This document shows, one piece after another, positions 11,337 through 20,533 of a DNA stretch of 64,000 nt. How positions within the stretch are numbered: position 1 is the first letter of the stretch; each line of letters opens with the position of its first letter. The notes beneath the pieces are model-generated. The model was not told where the DNA came from, searched no databases, and saw only the letters and a program-made list of their open reading frames with translations. Where the stretch lies: contig CAWIEK010000048.1 in NCBI GenBank assembly GCA_963835065.1, positions 32,001 through 96,000 on the forward strand, given 5' to 3'. The DNA is from an uncultured Chthonomonadaceae bacterium. Its GTDB lineage: Bacteria; Armatimonadota; Chthonomonadetes; Chthonomonadales; Chthonomonadaceae. The position numbers were made by a program, and so were the translations under genes.

Positions 11337-11628
11337 TGGCGTCGCTTCCGTTCTCGTCCAGCAGGGTGCAGAGTGATGGACACGGCTTGCCGAAAGCAGA
11401 AACAACGGGAACGCGCAGGATGGAAAAGCGGGAGGGCGCGCGGTCTGCAAGCCGTATCAGGCGTATGTGGCCGCGCTTGAATAAGGTGAAAAGCGCGTTT
11501 GCCACAGATTGCTTCCCGTCACGTCATTGTGAAAAGGGAGACAATCATAGCACAAAACGCGCCCCTTTGTCAATGTTTATACAAACGCAAATTTAGATCA
11601 TCCCTTCCTCATGCAGGGCCGACGCATC

Positions 11629-12076
11629 TAAACGGGAAAGAAAAAGGATATGTAGAGTCATCGTCGAAATCTTGGCAATGCAGCGCTTCCAGCCCGATGT
11701 CTCGTTGTGTCAAATTGTAGGAGAGAGGCGTCGTGGCCTCAGCAGCGTCAGGGCGAACGGGAGGAAAATACAGGCATCTTCCAGCACCTCCCTTCCGGGT
11801 TAGTTGATAGTTGATAGTTGATAGTTGATAGGAACTATGATCTTCAACGTCCCGCCACCTGGCTAGTTAGCAGCCTCTATTATATAGACTTATGTATACT
11901 TAGACGAGTTAGATGCGAGGAAGGTTCGTTTGTTTCTGCTATTTATGCAGAAATGTTTCTACTTTTTTGCACATTCTTTTTAGATTGATCAACCCGGAGG
12001 AGGGAGCAGGCGCAGCACAGGGGCGAATGACCTACGATGGGATACGTGTTGAGCATTTGAGATGCGCCGACCCTGC
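11629..12076. repeat. ~440-bp dispersed element, copy 1 (candidate sRNA/leader/small-ORF or non-autonomous mobile element)
   Basis: Collinear with 57487-57924; identical blocks such as GTCGAAATCTTGGCAATGCAGCGCTTCCAGC and AACGTCCCGCCACCTGGCTAGTTAGCAG. Confidence 0.9.
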
Positions 12077-12097
12077 TTCCTCATGCACTGCCCTTGA

Positions 12098-12187
12098 CAG
12101 AAGGAAATCGAACGGGTACACAGCAGGTATCAGCGGGCAAAGGAACACTACGCAGCCACCTACGAGGATAAGGACACGCACAAATGA
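12098..12187 (+). pseudogene. C-terminal remnant of a RelE/Gp49-like toxin
   Basis: QKEIERVHSRYQRAKEHY...K*; stop overlaps the antitoxin start (ATGA); 5' part missing. Confidence 0.55.
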
Positions 12188-12549
12188 CAGCTATCGTGGA
12201 GAAAGCAAACGCGCAGAAGAGCAGGAATGAGGAGGAAATTACGACTTCTTCCGGCAATGTCTACGAGGATTTAGGGCTGGCACACCCGGACGAGCGCATG
12301 GCAAAATCCGTAATAGCGCTGGCAATTACGGACGCTATCAAGGCGCGTAATCTTACGCAGGCAACAGCAGCAGAACTGATGAACGCGGACGCTTCCCAAC
12401 TTTCGGATTTGCAGCGCGGACGCCTGACCCATATCCCCTTCGACTGCCTGCTCCGGTTCGCCAATGCGCTCGGTCTCGGTGTGCAAATCACTATTCAACC
12501 CACTAATGACGAGCAGGGCAAAACATCAGCGCACACAATGGCAGGGTAA
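12184..12549 (+). CDS. XRE-family HTH antitoxin-like regulator
   Basis: SSGNVYEDLG N-terminal motif and LTQATAAELM..SQLSDL helix-turn-helix. Confidence 0.85.
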   Translation: MTAIVEKANAQKSRNEEEITTSSGNVYEDLGLAHPDERMAKSVIALAITDAIKARNLTQATAAELMNADASQLSDLQRGRLTHIPFDCLLRFANALGLGVQITIQPTNDEQGKTSAHTMAG

Positions 12550-12670
12550 CTTTCCGAAACGGGAACATTATGAAAAACTCAACTGGCAATGGATCGCGGT
12601 GTGTGACAGCGATTTCGGAAACATTATGGGCTGTTTGCATTAATCTGTTTTCGTCGTCGCTGTTGTGAAC

Positions 12671-12700
12671 AAAGGCGGCTCCAATATTGGAGCCGCCTTT
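12671..12700. terminator. Bidirectional intrinsic terminator
   Basis: AAAGGCGGCTCCAAT-ATTGGAGCCGCCTTT palindrome between convergent genes. Confidence 0.75.
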
Positions 12701-12831
12701 TGTGGTTTCTCTAATTGGCGAAAACTAGCGGCGGCGCAAGTCCCACTATTGGAACCGCAACATCTTGGGCGCGGTCAGAGCGATACGGCGCGAAAGGTCA
12801 AGGGCAGCCAGTCGGTTTCAAAGATTTGTGA

Positions 12832-13077
12832 TTAAGCGAGCGTGGGAGTGGGCAAATCTTCGTACTCGCGGAGTATTTGCTCCGGGGTCTTGGTTTCCCA
12901 TTCCCTGTAGATGTCCTTGATGGAACGTCCACTCGCAACAAGGCGCTCTTCAATGACTGCAACGCGCTTGGATTGCTCGATTTGGAGGGCGGACATTCCT
13001 GCTTCCCGGCAAGCCGTGTCAAGAATCGTTTCCAGCAGGGTTGCAGCGTCTTTTTTCGTGGGTTCAGAAATCATCAC
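12832..13077 (-). CDS. Small hypothetical protein
   Basis: 81-aa ORF with natural helical composition, divergent from the TA pair. Confidence 0.5.
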   Translation of the reverse strand: MMISEPTKKDAATLLETILDTACREAGMSALQIEQSKRVAVIEERLVASGRSIKDIYREWETKTPEQILREYEDLPTPTLA

Positions 13078-13231
13078 ACGGCCTTATCTTTCAGGATAGC
13101 CTCATTATACAGATACGGACTTACGCCGCCAAGTTCCGCAAAAGATGTTGACATTCCAGCAGGCAGTTGCTATAATGGTGTTATTCTTCCAATGGATGGA
13201 TAAATCCATTGTTGTGGTAAGGCTGTGAAAT

Positions 13232-13507
13232 ATGGCAATCATACAGACATCGAATAGAGCAGAACAGGCATTGGCTTTGATTGCCAACCTGAATGACGAG
13301 CAATTCGCCAGCCTTGAAGCGGTGCTTAAGGAAGCTGCGTCTGATGAAAATGCGCGTGTTCAAGTATCCTCATCCGGTGAAGCGCAGTTGACACGGGAAG
13401 AAGGACTTATTTTGCTGAAAGCATTTAATGGCCCAACGAGTGAACCATCAACGCGCATGTTGGAAGCTGTAGCCAACTACAAACGAATCATGTCAGAGAC
13501 ACTTTAG
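13232..13507 (+). CDS. Putative antitoxin (DUF1778-like C-terminus)
   Basis: Small acidic ORF immediately upstream of a GNAT toxin; LLKAFNGPTSEPSTRMLEAV tail. Confidence 0.6.
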   Translation: MAIIQTSNRAEQALALIANLNDEQFASLEAVLKEAASDENARVQVSSSGEAQLTREEGLILLKAFNGPTSEPSTRMLEAVANYKRIMSETL

Positions 13508-13521
13508 TTGATGTTGGGAAT

Positions 13522-14106
13522 ATGCAGCCGCTAAATCGCTATCGCTTTGAAGTGCTAGCAGAGCAACATGACCTTACATCTTTCGATTGTGGGAATGTTG
13601 CTCTGAATGATTATCTGACCATAGACGCCAAACGAGATGTCAGGATAAATCTACGGCAAACCTACCTCCTGCTTGACTACTCACAATCCCCGGCGTTTGT
13701 TGCAGGCTACTTCACGCTCTGTGCGGATACCGCTGAAATTTGGCACCCCCTTGTTTACGGAACGATCAATTACCCGCTGATCCTCCTTGATTATCTTGCC
13801 CGCCACGTCAATTACAAGCGCATAGGGATTGGGGATGCCCTGTTGATACAGGCTTTTCGCGTCACAGCCGATGTTGCCGCCAGAGTCGGCGTTGCGGGAA
13901 TGCACATCCGAGAAGCCACCAAAGCGGGCAAAAGATTGTATATGCGAGACGTGTATGGTTTTACAATGCACCCTTGCGCTGAAATTGACAGGGATAAGGG
14001 TTTGTACCTTCCCATCCATGACATCCATGCTATTTTAGCCAAACTGGAGACGACCCCTGACCAACCAACCGAAGGTGATCAAGGGCCGAAGTCTGCCGAT
14101 ATCTGA
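13522..14106 (+). CDS. GNAT-family acetyltransferase toxin (AtaT/TacT-like)
   Basis: HDLTSFDCGNVALNDYL signature, GYFTL, GIGDALL acetyl-CoA motif. Confidence 0.8.
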   Translation: MQPLNRYRFEVLAEQHDLTSFDCGNVALNDYLTIDAKRDVRINLRQTYLLLDYSQSPAFVAGYFTLCADTAEIWHPLVYGTINYPLILLDYLARHVNYKRIGIGDALLIQAFRVTADVAARVGVAGMHIREATKAGKRLYMRDVYGFTMHPCAEIDRDKGLYLPIHDIHAILAKLETTPDQPTEGDQGPKSADI

Positions 14107-14121
14107 CAAGTTTTACACATT

Positions 14122-14314
14122 TCAGAGAAGATCACGGAGTTGCTGCTGCGCTTCGTGGCAAATCCCAATTACCTTTTCGACAGGCATCTCCATTACTTCC
14201 GCAATTTCATCATACGACAGTTCGTACTCCAAACGCAACGCCGCGATAGATTGGTAGGGTTCTTTCAATTTAAAAGAGGGCTTCTACAAATCTATCTGCC
14301 TCTTCTTCATTCAT
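14122..14314 (-). pseudogene. Stand-alone sigma-70 region 4 HTH protein with a 1-nt frameshift
   Basis: Manual: MNEEEADRFVEALF / KLKEPYQSIAALRLEYELSYDEIAEVMEMPVEKV...LRDLL*; extra base in a homopolymer near 14272. Confidence 0.65.
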
Positions 14315-14365
14315 AGTTGGCTCTCATGTTTGTTCAAAATGTAAAGATTGCTTCAAAAGCAAACA

Positions 14366-14599
14366 TTACTCGCGGGAACGGAGGCGTTGAAGTTTGCCTT
14401 CTAATTGCAATGTAAGCGCCTGCCCTTCGGGCGATTGGCACAATCGCGCTTTGATGGCAGTCTGCAACGAGTCGAACTTCGAGTCGGCAGGATTGTCCGT
14501 GGACACGAATTCGCACAGGGCGTCACAGTTTTCTTGAATGGTTGGCTCATTTACCATGACTCTATTTTCGCTTGGATTGTTGATGATGCTTGTATCCAT
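14366..14599 (-). CDS. Small hypothetical protein
   Basis: 77-aa ORF with AAGGGG SD-like sequence upstream. Confidence 0.4.
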   Translation of the reverse strand: MDTSIINNPSENRVMVNEPTIQENCDALCEFVSTDNPADSKFDSLQTAIKARLCQSPEGQALTLQLEGKLQRLRSRE

Positions 14600-14765
14600 G
14601 ATAGTCCCCTTGCATCAAACGGTTTTATGCGGCAACGTTCGTACCGGCGATACGAGTTTGCTTCGCAGTCGAGCAAAACTTGTTGAAAATAGTGTAACAG
14701 ACAAACGTGGGGCTGTCAAGTACGGGCGCTACGGCATTATGGCAAAAATACACCACCAGCCGCGT

Positions 14766-14812
14766 AACAAAGGTGTCGTGGCTGGGGATGCCGTTGGGCA
14801 AGGCCAGCCACT
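14766..14812 (-). mobile_element. ISAs1 (H-repeat) transposase fragment
   Basis: Encodes WLALPNGIPSHDTF, the conserved ISAs1 N-terminal motif; rest of gene absent. Confidence 0.7.
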
Positions 14813-15136
14813 GCGAACCAACCACAAGCCTGATAGTTATTCACAACTTTAGATGCGTTTGCCCTGATTGCCTAGTACCCAACACCCAACACCCTCCTAA
14901 ATATGTGGTATACTAATAACAAGGCCGGTTGTCGGCACATTTAACTTTTGGTTGTTAATAACACGCTTGAAGATAACGCCTCTATCTCTTGCGCCTTTGC
15001 AATGGCGCGATTGCGATAGGGGTTTTGTATTTTTGGTTTCCCGCCTGCCCTTGTACGCAGGAACATCCGGCGTGGACAAGCAGAAAAACACCGTTGTTGC
15101 AGGCAGGCGCAGGCAGCAGCATAGGAGCAGCAGAAA

Positions 15137-15535
15137 ATGACAGACACGATGACAACGGGCGACACAGGCCACGAAACCACCGACATGACACCCGATGCAA
15201 ATCCCCTGATTTCCTCGAACGAAGTGGACGCCACGCCACAGGGCGACAAAAAGGGCAAGCCGGTTCATTCCCCGCGCAAAGAATCGGCGCGGATTCCGGT
15301 TACGGTCAAGGGCCAGAAGTACGTTTCTCCGGCAGGACGGCACAGCCAGCAAACGCATCGCCGCGCTGAAGAACGCGCCGCAGCGCAGGGAAACACCACG
15401 GAAAAGGAACAGCACGCGCAGGATCGGGAAGCCTTTGTGACGGAACTGAACCGCCGCGCGGACCAGAAAACGCGGCAGCAGAGCGAACAGAAATCGCGCA
15501 GCGCGCAGCCCAAAGCGCCGACTGAGACGAGCTGA
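15137..15535 (+). CDS. Hydrophilic low-complexity hypothetical protein
   Basis: AGGAG SD; 132-aa Q/T/K/E-rich ORF. Confidence 0.55.
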   Translation: MTDTMTTGDTGHETTDMTPDANPLISSNEVDATPQGDKKGKPVHSPRKESARIPVTVKGQKYVSPAGRHSQQTHRRAEERAAAQGNTTEKEQHAQDREAFVTELNRRADQKTRQQSEQKSRSAQPKAPTETS

Positions 15536-15684
15536 CTTCCCAGGCAGACCGCATACGTTACGCGCGTCTGTGAGCCTGAAAAGACTTGCGCTCTTCTCCC
15601 ACTATGTGGAGAAGGGCGGGGGATGAGGGCTGGTTCCAAAACAAAATCGGCTGCAAACAACACAATGGGCACAGGAGCGACATC

Positions 15685-15852
15685 ATGGACAAGCACAACA
15701 AACACAGCAAGAACAAGAACAAAGGCGTCAACAAGCCGACGCCGATTGCGGTGAGCGGCAGTGGCCTCTTGCCGGACGCCTTGACTGTGGCGAATGAGGC
15801 CGCGAACGCCGCGAAAATCCAGCCCAAGGCCGCCGCAAGCAAGCGGAAATAA
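15685..15852 (+). CDS. Small basic hypothetical protein
   Basis: AGGAG SD then MDKHNKHSKNKNK... Confidence 0.45.
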   Translation: MDKHNKHSKNKNKGVNKPTPIAVSGSGLLPDALTVANEAANAAKIQPKAAASKRK

Positions 15853-15987
15853 ACGGCGGCGATGCGAACAGGCTGCGCGGCGGCAATTTGAGCAGACAGC
15901 GCCTCTGTAACGGGCAGGGCGCGTTGATTTGGCAGGAAAAGAACGAACGCTCAACGGCGAGAAACAAGGCAAGGAACTGTGAAAACG

Positions 15988-16227
15988 ATGAAAAGACCAT
16001 TCAAAGAGGCAATTTGCACCTGCACGTCCGCGCGCTCTCTGCTGTACCAGAGTCTTGTTATTCACAAGCCCAAATGCCTGCTGTACGCTTCCCTTGTGGC
16101 GCATGAACAGGCCAATGTGAAGCTGCACGACACTCTGGGCTTCGTCGCGCCGACGCCGACGATTCTGGAAAACAAGGCGGCAGACCGCAGCCGCTTCACC
16201 CCCTCGGAGTCGCCCCTGCTGGTATGA
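15988..16227 (+). CDS. Small hypothetical protein
   Basis: AAGGAA upstream; CTC...HKPKC motif. Confidence 0.4.
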   Translation: MKRPFKEAICTCTSARSLLYQSLVIHKPKCLLYASLVAHEQANVKLHDTLGFVAPTPTILENKAADRSRFTPSESPLLV

Positions 16228-16352
16228 GTTCGTCAATAGCCGATAAAGCAAGGCCGCGTCGCCAATCATCGAGAAGATTTACAAAAATGAGATTGGGTAT
16301 TCGAGAATGTTTGCGCGTCGTGGTACAATAACCACATCATAACAGGAGGCGC

Positions 16353-16649
16353 ATGATGGCTATACCCTTGTGCAAACTGGAAGGAACATGGCAGGAGATT
16401 ACGGCGCGCGTTCCCGACTTCGCCACACGCAAATTAGAAGTTATCGTTTATGATGCTGAAGAAACACGACAAGCAGCATCCAGTACATTGTCCACAGGGG
16501 AGAGGATAGAAGGCCGGCAAAAAACATTGACTGAAGCGCTGCGCGAAATTGAAGAACGCAGCCGTTTCATGAACCCCAAACCGGATTCCCATGACTACTT
16601 GCGCGAAGCGCGCTCCGGCGCAATGTTTGGACTCAACGCCGATGAGTAA
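16353..16649 (+). CDS. Putative antitoxin of a VapBC-like pair
   Basis: AGGAGG SD; LEGTWQEI start and DYLREAR end; overlaps the PIN gene. Confidence 0.65.
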   Translation: MMAIPLCKLEGTWQEITARVPDFATRKLEVIVYDAEETRQAASSTLSTGERIEGRQKTLTEALREIEERSRFMNPKPDSHDYLREARSGAMFGLNADE

Positions 16650-16978
16650 CTTGCTTTTTCTGGTCATTGATGCCAGTGTAATCATCGGTCTTTGCGCACA
16701 GGAACCCGGCAAACTCGCGCAGATCGTTGCTGCCTTGCAGGATTACGACGCAAAAGGTTACATCCGCTACGCGCCGCATTTGGTTGTCATGACAAATACG
16801 ACAGGGATATGGATGCAGCCGATCTGCTGACAGCATGTATATTGCGTTGGCGGAGCAGTTAGCGGCGCTTGGTCACACGGAACTGCTTACTTTTGACGCC
16901 GGACAAAAGTTGCAAACGGCGGCAACGGTTCCAACAGTTACCGTAAATCTGCTTGTAGCTATACCACCGGTACCATAA
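16642..16978 (+). pseudogene. PIN-domain (VapC-like) toxin with internal deletion/frameshift
   Basis: VIDASV...APHLVVM, then in another frame SADSMYIALAEQL...LLTFD; middle of the domain missing near 16792. Confidence 0.75.
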
Positions 16979-16991
16979 TGCTCATTTTCCG

Positions 16992-17037
16992 AAACCAACC
17001 CGCGCTTTCTCAACAGTGAGGAAGCGCGGGTTGGTTT
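16992..17037. terminator. Bidirectional terminator hairpin
   Basis: AAACCAACCCGCGCTT...AAGCGCGGGTTGGTTT between convergent genes. Confidence 0.75.
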
Positions 17038-17068
17038 GCGGCGAATTGAGGGCAAAGCAGGCATGTTC

Positions 17069-18274
17069 TTAGCGTTGAAGGCGGCGCTTGCGGCGCGCGA
17101 ACCCAACGCCCAACACCCAACATCCAAGCCCCATCGCCGCCATGCTGCCGGGTTCGGGTACGGCCAGCACGAAATAGCTGCCTTGCCCGGAAGCGTTCGT
17201 GCCGTAGCCCAGTATCCGCCCGTCGCTGCTGATACCGAAAACGGCTGAAACCGTCAGGCCCGCGCTTGCCGGCAACAGGTCGTTGATATTGTACAGCGTG
17301 TGGTTCTGGTAGAGAAACGGGAGGGACGCGCCGCTTGCATCTTCAGCCGCGCCGATGACCTGCCCCATATCATTGATGTAAAAGGCGTAGCTGTTGGCCC
17401 CGCCGAACGTGCCGATGTCGTCACCGGGAGTCAGCAGGCCGGTTCCCGAATGGACAAAGGCGTGCATGTCGAAGTTGCCAGGCTGGTACGTGGACGCGCC
17501 GATGATCAGACCCTCGTTGTTGATGCCTGTCGCATAACTGCTGATGGTGTCGTTAAGCGTGCCGAGTGAGCTAAATTGGCCGTTGTGGTACAGAAAAGCC
17601 AGGCTTTCCGTCGCCAGGTTCGCCACTTGCGTATCGCCATATCCCACAACGTCGCCCGCGTCGTTAATGCCGTAAGCCGTTGTCGTGTTGGCGGCATTGG
17701 CAACGCCGTTCAAGTCGGGAATGGTTCCCAAATCCGTCAGAACGCCGTTGTCATAAACAAACGCATGGCTGGTGGTGTAGAAATTGCCCGTGCCGTCGTC
17801 GTACAGCGTATCGCTTGTCCCGGCGATCTGCCCGCGATTGTTGATAGCGTAGGCGTTATTGTTGTAGGTAAGCCCTTGCGAATTCGTCGGGTCTGCCTGT
17901 TCGCCAAGCGTGGGAATCAAGGTAAGGCTGTTACCGACGCTGACAAACGCGCGGGTGTCGAAGTTCGGGTCCAGGCCGTAGCCCGTCAGGACGCCACTGT
18001 TGTTGATGGCATACGGCGTGTTCATCGGAAAGATCGGGTTCAATGTACCGAGCGTAACAAAGTTCTGTCCGTTCGGGCCGCTGCGCACCACATTGCCCTG
18101 CGTGTCCACGCCGTAAATTTGCAGCGCGTCGTTGAAGCCGTACACACTGATATTGGGATCAACGTTAATAAGGGAAAAGCCAAGCTGCTGGGCGCGAACA
18201 GTGGAAGCAGTCAGGCACAGCAGGGCGCTGCCCGCCATAAGCAGAGCGGCGAAGCGCGAGGAAGCAAAAAGCAT
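17069..18274 (-). CDS. PEP-CTERM protein with HAF-family extracellular repeats
   Basis: Signal peptide; repeated A-x-x-IN-x-x-G...HAF..LGT; VPEP + hydrophobic + RRKRR tail. Confidence 0.9.
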   Translation of the reverse strand: MLFASSRFAALLMAGSALLCLTASTVRAQQLGFSLINVDPNISVYGFNDALQIYGVDTQGNVVRSGPNGQNFVTLGTLNPIFPMNTPYAINNSGVLTGYGLDPNFDTRAFVSVGNSLTLIPTLGEQADPTNSQGLTYNNNAYAINNRGQIAGTSDTLYDDGTGNFYTTSHAFVYDNGVLTDLGTIPDLNGVANAANTTTAYGINDAGDVVGYGDTQVANLATESLAFLYHNGQFSSLGTLNDTISSYATGINNEGLIIGASTYQPGNFDMHAFVHSGTGLLTPGDDIGTFGGANSYAFYINDMGQVIGAAEDASGASLPFLYQNHTLYNINDLLPASAGLTVSAVFGISSDGRILGYGTNASGQGSYFVLAVPEPGSMAAMGLGCWVLGVGFARRKRRLQR

Positions 18275-18383
18275 TTTGTAGAACTCCTGAAAACGAATAA
18301 AGAAAATTTCCTTGTGTCGCGTCGCAAACATGATAGCACATAACGGAGCGGACGCCTGCTCCTCTATGCCAGAAGTTGACTTT

Positions 18384-19294
18384 TCAGGGATTTTTAACAG
18401 ATTTGGCGGCAACGCGCAGCCAGACAAAGCGGGTATCGCCGTCCGGCAGGTTTTGAATCTGGAACACTTCTTTTGCTTTTGCAGGCGCGGAGGCAAACGC
18501 CTGCCGCACGGCTGCCGCTTGTTCGGGTACGCATCCGGCTTTGACGATCCAGTCGTTGAGCGTGATGGCAACGTCGCCAACAGGACCTTCCAATTCGGCA
18601 ACTATAAGCCCGGCGGCTTCCAATGCCTGCCGCCATTCGCGCGGGGAAAGGTTGCGGACGTGGGAAGGGTCGCGCAGGGCTTCCACACGGTTTTGCCACT
18701 TGGCCGCTTCCATCATGGCGTTTGCAGAGTAATGGGTCGGGTGGCAAGGACGTTTGTAAATTCGAAGTTTCCGCCGTTTTCGCTGTTGGCTTCGGCATTG
18801 CCGTTCGTACCCGCCTCCGTGTCGTTGTCCGGGACACAGGTATCCGCCAGCACAAAGCGCCCGCCCGGTTGCAGTACGCGCCGGACTTCGGATAAAAACT
18901 GCGGAATGGAAAGAAAATGGTGTGGCGCGACCCGGCACGTGACGAGTGAAAACGCCGTGTCCGCGAAGGGCAAGGCTTCCGCCGCGCCTTCCTGCCAACT
19001 GACATTGCCGATACCCTGCGCTTGCTGATACGCCTGCGCCTGCCGCAACATTCCTTCAGAAACGTCCAGTCCGACAACGGAAGCCACATGCGGCGCAAAG
19101 GCCAGCGCGGTAAACCCGGTTCCCGTCGCCACATCCAAAACCGTATCGTCCGGGCGACAGGCGGCGTGATCGAGCATCCAGCGCAGCGTATTTTCCGTCC
19201 AGGTATTCCACTGCGCGTTGTAGTGCGCGGCCTGCCGGTCAAACTGATCCTTTGCGGAGCGCGCGGGCATTTCTGTTGTGTTTGTTTCCATCAT
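18384..19294 (-). CDS. Class I SAM-dependent methyltransferase (frameshift and low-complexity insert near 18715-18815)
   Basis: VLDVATGTG, LPFAD, RVLQPGG in one frame; EALRDPSHVR C-terminal half in another. Confidence 0.8.
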
Positions 19295-19418
19295 GCGTGT
19301 TTGAATCTTTCGTCTTTGAAATTTAGCCCAAGTTCTTTCCTGTAGTATACCTACGTAAGGAAAAGCGTTCTCCTTTAGCGGATAATTCATGCGCCAACCG
19401 CAGCACACTACAGAGACT

Positions 19419-20306
19419 CTATTCGCCCTGCAGGGTTTTACGCGCCATGCGTCGGTAGCCTTCCGCCAGCAAATCGGACATGTTGCGCACATCCTCGGCG
19501 TTGTAGGCCAGCAGAGTTTGCAGGGATTGCTGCCGCCCGGTTCGGTACTCGCGCCACAGGCGTACCGCGTCCCAGCCCGTCAGTCCCGTCGTGGCATTGG
19601 AGCGGGCAATGCCCATCTGCCCTTCGATGTGCTTCAAGCCGCCCCGGTAGCCTAACCGCTTCAGCAGAAAACACAAATCTACGTGCATCTGGCTGAACGG
19701 CAATTGGGGGAACGCGCGGCGCAAAAACGGAATGTCGAAGCCCGTGCCGAAGAACGTCACCAGAATGGCCGCATCCGATACGCTTTCGGGAAAGTCCTGC
19801 AAGTTCTGCCCCTTCACGTACTGCCGCATTTTCCAGCCGTCGTATACTCCCACAACGGTTAAATCGTCCGCCCGCATCCCGCCATTAGTCTCGATGTCCA
19901 CAAACGCCAGTCTGTGCCCGAAGGCCGTCACCGCCCGCCAGTGTTCGCTTTGCGGCAACAGTTCGGCGAACCACGCGAAATCTTCCGCTTCCAGACGGGC
20001 TTTCGACTCTTCGATTGTCGGCGTCAGCAGGGCGCGCTGCGCGCGGGTGAGCGGCCAATGCGTGTCGGGCTGCGCTAAATAACAATCCCAATCGCGCGCC
20101 CCGGCGTCCCACAACTTGCGCTCCGTTGTACGCCCAATAGCCTGCGCATGCAAAAACGTGGACTCCAGCAGGCTCGGCGGCGGAACGGGCGTAGATACCG
20201 TCGGCGCGGACGTAGGAGAAACAGACGGCTGCGAAGTGGAAGCGTTCGGCGTGGAAGAATTCAAGAAGGTTCCTTTATCAAGCGTTGCGCGTTGAGCATT
20301 AAGCAT
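19419..20306 (-). CDS. YprB-like RNase H-fold exonuclease
   Basis: FVDIETNG, FDIPFL, HVDL, GGLKHIE, YNAEDV. Confidence 0.85.
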   Translation of the reverse strand: MLNAQRATLDKGTFLNSSTPNASTSQPSVSPTSAPTVSTPVPPPSLLESTFLHAQAIGRTTERKLWDAGARDWDCYLAQPDTHWPLTRAQRALLTPTIEESKARLEAEDFAWFAELLPQSEHWRAVTAFGHRLAFVDIETNGGMRADDLTVVGVYDGWKMRQYVKGQNLQDFPESVSDAAILVTFFGTGFDIPFLRRAFPQLPFSQMHVDLCFLLKRLGYRGGLKHIEGQMGIARSNATTGLTGWDAVRLWREYRTGRQQSLQTLLAYNAEDVRNMSDLLAEGYRRMARKTLQGE

Positions 20307-20533
20307 TGAGGGGCATAATTCTGTTTCCGCGTGAAATGTTGCCCGCGAAGGTGTTATAATGAAGTTATATACGCGGTACGCTCGGCAAATTCCTTGCAGA
20401 TTTTTGGAGTGTGCTGCTTTCGGTCTGGTGTAACAATAACGCTCCGCCTGCGTCCTTATGAAAAGGACATCGGGAAAGTTTTTTTGTTTGCCGCAAGGCT
20501 GATTTTCGTAATAATAATTTCCAAAGGAGAAGT

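Noticed and set aside
11804..11831. TTGATAG tandem run and other short repeats as a CRISPR array
   Set aside because: No 25-40-nt repeats with unique spacers and no cas genes
11629..12076. 440-bp element as a T-box, hammerhead/HDV ribozyme or group II intron remnant
   Set aside because: I could not find the T-box GGTGG-NACC-RCG, the CUGANGA/GAAA core or domain V by eye; needs an Infernal search
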